Part shown: one piece after another, positions 25,233 to 32,000 of the stretch | Numbering within the stretch: position 1 is the first letter of the stretch | How the letters are laid out: every line of letters starts with the position of its first letter | NCBI RefSeq assembly: GCF_000012285.1 | Contig: NC_007181.1 | Location: 990,001 to 1,022,000, forward strand | Direction: 5' to 3' | Length of the DNA stretch: 32,000 nucleotides | Origin: Sulfolobus acidocaldarius DSM 639 | GTDB lineage: Archaea > Thermoproteota > Thermoprotei_A > Sulfolobales > Sulfolobaceae | Notes under the pieces: generated by a model | Told to the model about the DNA's origin: nothing | Seen by the model: only the letters and a program-made list of their open reading frames with translations | Database searches by the model: none | Made by a program: the position numbers and the translations under genes

Positions 25233-27065
25233 TTATAAAGATATGAGTTTATTCATGGCTCTGTATACCTCGGCTACACTCCAAGCTTGAGCAATAGCTC
25301 CACCGTTGGAATAAGGTGGAACATCCTCAAATAATTCAGGGATAAAACCATTGTGTAGCTTCGCATATTCCAACAAAGGTTTGAAAGTATCCAATAGAAG
25401 CTTAGATCTCACTATGTCAGTCTCGTACCTCAGCTTAGCATCGACATAAGCTCCTATTAACCATGGCCACACTAGACCATTATGATAAGCTTCATCCCTT
25501 TTTGCTCTTTCCCCTCTATAAACTGGTTTATATTTAGGGTCTTTAGATGATAGTGTACTTAGCCCGTATGATCTTAAAAGCTCCTTTTCTATTGTTAGTA
25601 TTACACTCTTCCCCTTTTCAACAGGCAATATGTTAAAAGGAAGTGATATGGCGAAAATCTGGTTAGGTCTTATTGTGTTATCTGGTGTAAATGAGGGAGT
25701 TAGGTAATCATAAAGACCCCAATTTGTGACAAACCTCTCCATGAAGGACCTTTTGACCTTTTCTGCAACTTCTCTATACAGTGAGCTTGAGTCCCCCAAG
25801 ATCTTAGAGAAATAATCAAGTATCATCAATGCATTGTACCACAAGGCATTGACCTCAACAGCTGCTCCCTCTCTGGGGGTTACAATTCTACCATTATAGC
25901 TGGCATCCATCCACGTTCTTGGCGCACCCCTGTGAAATAGAATTTCCCCCATTGTATATACAATTCCGTTCCCCTTCATATAGGACTCAACGATATCCTG
26001 AAGTATTGGGTAAATCTTTCCTATAAACTGAGTATCACGGGAATAAGTGTAGAGTTTATATATCGAATTGATCGCCCATAAGCTTACGTCAACCCCGAGG
26101 TAAATCGGTTCCCCGGATGGGGTAATATGATTAGGTAAGAGACCCCTATTATTGTATTGTAAGTATCTGTTAATTATTTCCTTTGCTTGATCATACAGTC
26201 CCTGTAATAGTAGTATTCCCTCAAGAGATATGAATGTATCTCTACCCCATTCATCGAACCAATGGTATCCTGCCACTATGGAATAGCCCTGATGACCTTT
26301 CACAAGAAAGTTTAATGATGACTCCCCGAGCAATTTAATAATGTCTGAAGGAGTCTCTTTGATCTCAGACTTATCAAAAGAATTATGGTATGCATGGATT
26401 GTCAGTTCATTCTTTTCACTTGTTAAGAAAAATGGATTGTATAGGTTCTCCTTGCTATTATTCCCTAATTCATAGTCTATTACGTAAAAGAAGTCATAGT
26501 ATGAGTAACCAGTGTTAGTAAGTTTAAACTTATTTTCCACGACGAAATTTAGAGCTAACGACCCATCGTATCTGTAAAGGCTGACTAAGTTATCCTTCAC
26601 TTTTTGCGTGAATATAAGGTTATCAGGCTGAGAGACTAGGTGATGACTCCTAAATGTCATCAGCGGATAGACCTTTATTGAACCCTCTGTAGCCTTATAT
26701 TTTATTGTCACACCATTAGTACCTTGGTTTGCAATCAGTAGCTTTTCAACAATAATTCCGTTAACATCGTAAATCCACTTTACGTAATTCCTCCCCCAGT
26801 GGAAGTGCTTAAGATATTTATAACCATCAGGATAATAGGCGTTGGAATAATGATTTGTCGAGAGCGGGAAGTCCTCCTTATTTAAAACTAGAAAGTCCTC
26901 AAATTTTGAGAGAATTAAGTATCTCTTATGCGGAGGATTGAGAGGGACTACGAGATAACCATGGTAAGTTCTTGAGTTAATACCACAGATCGTTGAGGAA
27001 GAATATCCACCAGTGCCAAAAGTCAGCAACCACTCTTTTCTCTCGCATTCTTCGGGTGTATGCAT
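25233..27065 (-). CDS. Glycogen debranching enzyme (archaeal GDE, amylo-alpha-1,6-glucosidase C-terminal-type domain)
   Basis: 610 aa with AGYHWFDEWGRDTFISL, the GDE_C WF..WGRD motif, and an (alpha/alpha)6-barrel-like C-terminal half. Glycogen gene context. Confidence 0.85.
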   Translation of the reverse strand: MHTPEECERKEWLLTFGTGGYSSSTICGINSRTYHGYLVVPLNPPHKRYLILSKFEDFLVLNKEDFPLSTNHYSNAYYPDGYKYLKHFHWGRNYVKWIYDVNGIIVEKLLIANQGTNGVTIKYKATEGSIKVYPLMTFRSHHLVSQPDNLIFTQKVKDNLVSLYRYDGSLALNFVVENKFKLTNTGYSYYDFFYVIDYELGNNSKENLYNPFFLTSEKNELTIHAYHNSFDKSEIKETPSDIIKLLGESSLNFLVKGHQGYSIVAGYHWFDEWGRDTFISLEGILLLQGLYDQAKEIINRYLQYNNRGLLPNHITPSGEPIYLGVDVSLWAINSIYKLYTYSRDTQFIGKIYPILQDIVESYMKGNGIVYTMGEILFHRGAPRTWMDASYNGRIVTPREGAAVEVNALWYNALMILDYFSKILGDSSSLYREVAEKVKRSFMERFVTNWGLYDYLTPSFTPDNTIRPNQIFAISLPFNILPVEKGKSVILTIEKELLRSYGLSTLSSKDPKYKPVYRGERAKRDEAYHNGLVWPWLIGAYVDAKLRYETDIVRSKLLLDTFKPLLEYAKLHNGFIPELFEDVPPYSNGGAIAQAWSVAEVYRAMNKLISL

Positions 27066-27237
27066 TCATATCGAGATTAGAATGAGTAGTAATTAAAACT
27101 ATTTACTTAGATTTCTGTGATTCTATACACATTGTATAAAAACATACTTATCCAGTGAAATGTTAAACTGTTGAGATTATAATGATTTTTTACGGGATGA
27201 GGCTTAAGACCATTACATGGACTCTTAGTTAGTCTTA

Positions 27238-29091
27238 TCAAATTGCTTCTTTCATCTGGTGAGATGCAATGACCAATTCAGAATGAGACCATACCAATGG
27301 TAAAACTGACGTGCTTTGAAGATTATCAGGATCAACTTGTTCAGGAAGTAGACCAGTAGGAACAGCTCTATCTAAAACCCAACTTATGTATTCATTGGCT
27401 TTCTGAACATTACCCACTCTTAAATAATACTCTGCTACCCAAAGAGTAGTTATTAACCATGGATTCGGTCTACTCTTACTTCTCCTATATGTATCGCCTT
27501 CATATCTTATAATACCACCATTGACCTTTAACGCAGACTCGATTGCATTGATAGTAGATACCATTATTGGGTCTTTAGGATCAATTACTCCGAAGAAAAA
27601 TGGAGAATACATACTGGCATCAATTGTAGTATCAATATTTCCGTTCTCATCCAATCGTCTAATAAATCTCCCATTATAGGTCATCTTCCTCAACATCATA
27701 CTTTTCATATACTCTGCTACAGAAACCATGTCACTCGCCATTACCTCATCTCCCATGTCATAAACTAGTTTAGACGCCTCAGTTAACGCACCATACACAG
27801 TTGACACTGTATATATATGAATGCCGTAACGCTCCTCCCAGAGGTCAAAACTGGGTTTAGGTAGACCGTCTTCTATGAATTTCATCAGAAACTTTATGGC
27901 TGGCTTGATGAAACTTCTGTATATTTCTACTAGCTCATCAATGTCTTTATAAATCCTGTAATGATTTGCTATAGCCCACACCTCTAGTGCAGTCTCATCT
28001 TCCTGAATTGGAAGTATCCTTTTTCCTTTGTAAATCCAAGGATGCCAAGAGCTAGCCAGTGTTGAATCAGGATTATATTTGTGGTAAAGATAACCCTCTT
28101 CACTGATAAGCTTAGATATGAATTTATAGTGTTTTAAAGCAAGTTCTCCATAACCTGCAATATCTAAAGCGTAGGCTGAAATAGCCGAGTCCCTTGGCCA
28201 ACAGTAGGTGTAAGCATCACCATAAATTCCCATGAAGGAATAGTCTGAGGACGCGATTATAGATCCATTTTCATTCATGTGGTCTCTTATAGTGAGCAGG
28301 CTAATTTTATATAGATCGTTCATCTTTTGTAAGCTAAATTTTCTTTCTGACTTGAACAACCAGTTGGACCAAAATGAATGGTTGGTAACAAATGAGGATT
28401 CTATCTCAGTGGAATTTGCCCTTCTTAATAAGGTTTTTATCTCTGATAGACTTCTACCAAAGGCTAAGGCTAAGTATGCCTTCTCGCTATTGGAAGGGTT
28501 GATTTCAAGCTCCAATGCGAGAGCCGACTGTACATCCCCATTCTCTATTGGTCGATTACTAAGATAACCACGTCTTATCTCGTCCGCGATCTCCTCCTTG
28601 CCTACTGAGTATTCTTGCATATCTTTCAGAATACTAAATAGTTTAATGCCGATATATCGTCTAGACTTGTAATGAACAATCGAATTCGTCTCAGGTTCTA
28701 TGAACGCTGTATCACCAAAGGGAGTTGAGTAAAGATCTAGATCGAAATTGAATATTAACTTAATTTTTAGTGGTGAGTTAGATGTGTTATAAACCTTTAA
28801 TATCCTATAGTACAGTGGTGCATAAATATCTGAAAAATCATATGCTAATAATCTTATATCTGAATTTATAGATGCATCTATTTCTGCAATGTTAGTATTG
28901 TGGAAGTAATTCAGTGATACTCGCCACTCCTCATCAGGTATTAATTTTCCCTGCGTGAAAATATATTGTCTAACTGGTTTCCCATTAGTGTGGTTTTCCA
29001 TCCCAGCGTGTGGGTAGTAAATATCTATTATTCTCCCTAACTGATCCAAATTAATCAATGTTCTTTCGTTACCAATACTGACGTATCTCAT
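27238..29091 (-). CDS. Glucoamylase / glucan 1,4-alpha-glucosidase (GH15)
   Basis: 617 aa with [10 protein letters not shown] (GH15 W-x-RD region), DLWEERYG (catalytic region) and a C-terminal LPEQVD..W(S)HSE pattern. Confidence 0.85.
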   Translation of the reverse strand: MRYVSIGNERTLINLDQLGRIIDIYYPHAGMENHTNGKPVRQYIFTQGKLIPDEEWRVSLNYFHNTNIAEIDASINSDIRLLAYDFSDIYAPLYYRILKVYNTSNSPLKIKLIFNFDLDLYSTPFGDTAFIEPETNSIVHYKSRRYIGIKLFSILKDMQEYSVGKEEIADEIRRGYLSNRPIENGDVQSALALELEINPSNSEKAYLALAFGRSLSEIKTLLRRANSTEIESSFVTNHSFWSNWLFKSERKFSLQKMNDLYKISLLTIRDHMNENGSIIASSDYSFMGIYGDAYTYCWPRDSAISAYALDIAGYGELALKHYKFISKLISEEGYLYHKYNPDSTLASSWHPWIYKGKRILPIQEDETALEVWAIANHYRIYKDIDELVEIYRSFIKPAIKFLMKFIEDGLPKPSFDLWEERYGIHIYTVSTVYGALTEASKLVYDMGDEVMASDMVSVAEYMKSMMLRKMTYNGRFIRRLDENGNIDTTIDASMYSPFFFGVIDPKDPIMVSTINAIESALKVNGGIIRYEGDTYRRSKSRPNPWLITTLWVAEYYLRVGNVQKANEYISWVLDRAVPTGLLPEQVDPDNLQSTSVLPLVWSHSELVIASHQMKEAI

Positions 29092-30341
29092 GTGAGTATC
29101 GTATCATATAGCTTACTATCCGCATTAATAACCTTATGTGGATAAATCTTTGAGTTCACTATTTCTGTTCCTTCATCCACCACTGTACCATCAGCTATTA
29201 CACTATTTACTACCACAGTTGGTTTTTTGGGAGAAGATCTAATCTCTACATGTCTACCCACTATTGATCTTTCAACAATTGCGTTGTCCCCGATATATAC
29301 TCTGTCCATAACAGCACTCTTTACTACCTTAACCCTTCTACCGATTATTGTGAAATTATCTATTGACGATTCCTCTATATAAGTATCCTTACCTATCTGA
29401 CAGTGCCTACCAATTAAGATATTTCCCTCAAGTTTCAATTCCCCGTTTCTATACATCCTTTTAATTTTGGCTCTCCTTTTTCTCGAGTCGTAACTAGTAC
29501 CTTGTACAAATATTCTCCTATTGCTTACAATTTTTACCCCATGGACATCCCTATCATCCAATTCCCTAAGTAAAGTATAAACTGCATCCAGGTATCTACC
29601 AGGTGTTCCAACGTCAAACCATAAACCGTCCATCTTATACGCGTATACAGGATAACCTTTCCTTATTAAATAGGGTATGATATCCTTGCCAAAGTCCATT
29701 TTACCCATTTCGTACATCTCTTTGACCTCCTCGCTCTCAAATATTTTCCTGATTTCTGGGCTCAATACATATATTCCTGTGTTAACCAGATTTGATGGAG
29801 CCTCCTCTCTCCTTGGCTTCTCAACGAATCTCCTTATCTTGTTGTCACTTTCCAATTCCGCAACACCAAACTCCTCAACATTTTCCATAGGTTTGATCAC
29901 TATTGTCATCATTGCTCTCTTTTCTTCATGATATTCTAATAATTTCTTAACGTCCAATTTGAAGAGATTATCGCCCTGTACAACAAGCACAGGATCATTG
30001 ATATTATAGTATTCCATGTTTATCCTTACAGAGTCAGCATTCCCTATACTATCTACTCTTGGTTGGTATTTGAAGTGTACTCTAGGCTTTATGTGATACC
30101 TTGCTGAGAAACCTATGCCTTCTTGATAGATGTCAAATAAAGATCTATAGTTTACGTATCCTCTCACTCCAAATATTATTTCTTTAATACCCTGTCTGGC
30201 TAACTCAATCAAGGTATACTCAATCAGTGGTCTATTCAGAAGCCTCACTGTAGCTTTCGATGTTTCAATAGTTAATGGTCTTAGCCTAGTGGCCTCACCG
30301 CCAATTGGTATAATCACTTTTATATCTTCTATTCTAGTCAT
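29088..30341 (-). CDS. Sugar-1-phosphate nucleotidyltransferase (GlgC-like glucose-1-phosphate adenylyl/uridylyltransferase) with C-terminal left-handed beta-helix
   Basis: 417 aa with N-terminal [14 protein letters not shown] (GGxGTRLxPLT-type). The C-terminal region has hexapeptide-like repeats ([18 protein letters not shown]...). An ATGA overlap with the glucoamylase gene indicates an operon. Confidence 0.8.
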   Translation of the reverse strand: MTRIEDIKVIIPIGGEATRLRPLTIETSKATVRLLNRPLIEYTLIELARQGIKEIIFGVRGYVNYRSLFDIYQEGIGFSARYHIKPRVHFKYQPRVDSIGNADSVRINMEYYNINDPVLVVQGDNLFKLDVKKLLEYHEEKRAMMTIVIKPMENVEEFGVAELESDNKIRRFVEKPRREEAPSNLVNTGIYVLSPEIRKIFESEEVKEMYEMGKMDFGKDIIPYLIRKGYPVYAYKMDGLWFDVGTPGRYLDAVYTLLRELDDRDVHGVKIVSNRRIFVQGTSYDSRKRRAKIKRMYRNGELKLEGNILIGRHCQIGKDTYIEESSIDNFTIIGRRVKVVKSAVMDRVYIGDNAIVERSIVGRHVEIRSSPKKPTVVVNSVIADGTVVDEGTEIVNSKIYPHKVINADSKLYDTILT

Positions 30342-30381
30342 CAGTAATAGTTTTTACTTATGAGACTATAAATATTCTCAT
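30342..30381. promoter_or_regulatory. 40-bp bidirectional promoter with back-to-back TATA boxes (both transcripts predicted leaderless)
   Basis: TTTTTACTTA (30351-30360) is 22-31 nt upstream of the plus-strand ATG at 30382. Minus-strand ATATTTATAG (complement of about 30366-30375) is about 25-34 nt upstream of the minus-strand ATG at 30341. Confidence 0.5.
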
Positions 30382-31716
30382 ATGAGAAATGTCATCTTAG
30401 GGTTCGAAGTTCACCAGCCTTTTAGAATAAAAGGAAGCTACTTTTGGAACCCCCAATTTAGAGATAATCCGATAGAAAAATATTTTGATAACCAGTTAAA
30501 TAGGGATGTATTTCTTAGAGCTAAACAAAAATGCTATATACCTGCAACTAAGATAATTCTAGATGAAATTGAGAGGGGGGAAAATGAAGGATATGACGTC
30601 AAGGTATTCTATTCAATATCAGGAACCTTCATGGAGCAGGCAGAAAAGTGGGGAAGAGAAGTAATAGACTTACTTCAACAGCTATCGTATACAAGAAAGG
30701 TGGAGTTTTTATCTCAAACTTATTACCACTCGATAACAGGTTTGTGGGATGACTTAGATGAATGGAAAGAACAAGTTAAACAGCACTCAGAATTAATAAA
30801 GGAATACTTTGATCAGACACCGACAACTTTTGAGAACACTGAACTACTAGTTACTCCCAGAATATTAAAGGAAGTTGAGAACTTAGGTTTCAAATCAATT
30901 ATAATGGAAGGAAAAGAGAGCGTACTGAACGGTAGATCACCAAATTATGTCTACAGAATAAAGAACAGTAAATTAGTAGGCTTACTGAGAAACTATAGGC
31001 TAAGTGATGATATTGCCTTCAGGTTTTCGAACAGGAATTGGGACCAATACCCATTGACTGCACAAAAACTCTCTGATTGGGTACTGTGGTCAGAGGGTGA
31101 TGTTGGATTAATCTTCGTTGATTATGAAACATTTGGGGAGCATCATTGGCCTGAGAGCGGAATCCTAGACTTCTTGAGATGGTTACCAAGAGAACTTTCT
31201 AGAAGAGAAATAAAGATGAAACTACCTAAAGAGGTATATGATAGGGCTGTTCAAGAGATAGAAATAACTCAAACATCGTCTTGGGCTGATATAAACAAGG
31301 ATGAGTCAAGTTGGTTAGGAAATATAATGCAATGGGCTTATGATGAAATGGTCAGAAGAACCGAAATGTTGGCAAAAGAGTTGGGTAAAGAGTACCTTAA
31401 AGCCTGGAAGTATTTCACAACTAGTGATCATTATTATTACCTGTTTTTAGGTAGTAGTAGTCCAGCAGAGGTTCACTCATATTTTAGCTCCTTTAACTCA
31501 CCAATTGATGCGTTCATAAACGAGATTTACGCTATCTCGATGTTTCAAGAGGAAATGAGAAAGAAGTTAAAGATAGAAAATGAACCGTTTATATTTTACA
31601 AGGGTTTGAAGAGAGGTAAGGAAGTTTGGACGATAGACCAGTATAAAGAGCTGATAAAACAAAAGCCAGAATATAAAGACTTCGAAAAGTATATTCAAGA
31701 GTGGATTAAGCAATGA
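30382..31716 (+). CDS. GH57 family glycoside hydrolase (alpha-amylase/branching-enzyme-like)
   Basis: 444 aa with an N-terminal GFEVHQP (GH57 region I HQP motif) and DYETFGEHHW. It sits directly upstream of, and overlaps, glycogen synthase. Confidence 0.8.
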   Translation: MRNVILGFEVHQPFRIKGSYFWNPQFRDNPIEKYFDNQLNRDVFLRAKQKCYIPATKIILDEIERGENEGYDVKVFYSISGTFMEQAEKWGREVIDLLQQLSYTRKVEFLSQTYYHSITGLWDDLDEWKEQVKQHSELIKEYFDQTPTTFENTELLVTPRILKEVENLGFKSIIMEGKESVLNGRSPNYVYRIKNSKLVGLLRNYRLSDDIAFRFSNRNWDQYPLTAQKLSDWVLWSEGDVGLIFVDYETFGEHHWPESGILDFLRWLPRELSRREIKMKLPKEVYDRAVQEIEITQTSSWADINKDESSWLGNIMQWAYDEMVRRTEMLAKELGKEYLKAWKYFTTSDHYYYLFLGSSSPAEVHSYFSSFNSPIDAFINEIYAISMFQEEMRKKLKIENEPFIFYKGLKRGKEVWTIDQYKELIKQKPEYKDFEKYIQEWIKQ

Positions 31717-32000
31717 AGAGATATGAAAGCCTATGGTTTGAGGACGAACTAAAGCACGTCTGGATGATCAGTGCCGAGCTAGAGAAAGTAGCTAGTCTAG
31801 GGGGATTGGGACCAGTAGTATATAATCTTGGTAAAGAATTAGTTAAGCAGGGTATAAAAGTAACTGTAATCATGCCAAGCCATGGTCGTCATCTTAATGA
31901 CTATTATAGGTCACTCCTTAAATTGAACGAAATATCTTTAGTCGCAGAAGGAGATAGAATAGGTATTGATGGTAAATCTTATCACTACAAGCTAGGGTTT
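31713..32000 (+). CDS. glgA: Glycogen synthase (GT5-type GlgA), N-terminal 96 codons; runs off the window
   Basis: Not in the ORF track because of edge truncation. The ATG at 31713 overlaps the GH57 stop (ATGA). Translation MKRYESLWFEDELKHVWMISAELEKVASLGGLGPVVYNLGKELVKQG contains the K-x-GGLG-x-V glycogen/starch synthase N-terminal motif. Confidence 0.85.
   Translation, partial: MKRYESLWFEDELKHVWMISAELEKVASLGGLGPVVYNLGKELVKQGIKVTVIMPSHGRHLNDYYRSLLKLNEISLVAEGDRIGIDGKSYHYKLGF

Noticed and set aside
27124-27138. 6-3-6 inverted repeat TATACA-CAT-TGTATA upstream of the debranching-enzyme gene
   Set aside because: It is a short, purely AT-rich, TATA-like sequence in an AT-rich promoter region, so chance occurrence is likely. 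It is probably just part of the promoter.
4936-29931. Remaining short antisense ORFs (4936-5130, 6969-7190, 15410-15604, 28277-28567, 29677-29931)
   Set aside because: Each is nested antisense within arnR, arnS, the permease, the glucoamylase or the nucleotidyltransferase. I found no independent evidence for any of them.
1-32000. Search for tRNA, rRNA or other structured RNA genes via GC-rich islands
   Set aside because: In this AT-rich thermophile genome, structured RNAs stand out as GC-rich stretches. No intergenic segment shows one, and the most GC-rich non-coding patch (4331-4385) is better explained as regulatory repeats.

Overview
AT-rich, tightly packed crenarchaeal (Sulfolobales) chromosome. 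From memory, not from a search, I recognise it as the Sulfolobus acidocaldarius archaellum locus and its downstream neighbourhood (roughly Saci_1173 onward). Minus strand, 1-4284: archaellum operon flaB-flaX-flaG-flaF-flaH-flaI (arlBXGFHI), with flaI running off the left edge. Divergent from flaB are a small orphan membrane protein, the membrane-bound activator ArnR and the membrane Ser/Thr kinase ArnS. Next come a 14-TMS MFS exporter, a 969-aa repeat-rich surface protein, acetyl-CoA synthetase, an MFS-like permease with a small wHTH regulator, a nucleoside hydrolase, a convergent pair of FAD-domain proteins (one AGPS-like with an HHH motif), purE-purK, a stand-alone ModE-N-terminal HTH, and the TPR Ser/Thr kinase ArnC. 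The right third holds RidA, a 4xCBS protein and a glycogen cluster: debranching enzyme, GH15 glucoamylase, GlgC-like nucleotidyltransferase, GH57 enzyme, and glycogen synthase truncated at the right edge. I saw no rRNA, tRNA, CRISPR array, IS element or integrase. The archaellum and Arn parts are already described in the literature. Less explained signals: (1) a mosaic 672-bp in-frame tandem duplication with 100%-identical A/C-rich blocks inside the surface-protein gene; (2) an ORF-track-missed 58-codon gene with a near-perfect Shine-Dalgarno and a SWIM-like Cys/His motif beside arnC; (3) an internally duplicated 'GLP' domain pair in the ArnS linker; (4) the orphan membrane protein between flaB and arnR; (5) perfect palindromes sharing a CGATAT core in the 407-bp divergent intergenic region upstream of the surface-protein gene; (6) the AGPS-like flavoenzyme pair; (7) repeated 4-nt stop-codon overlaps of convergent genes. 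I cannot claim a clearly novel multi-gene system from sequence alone.
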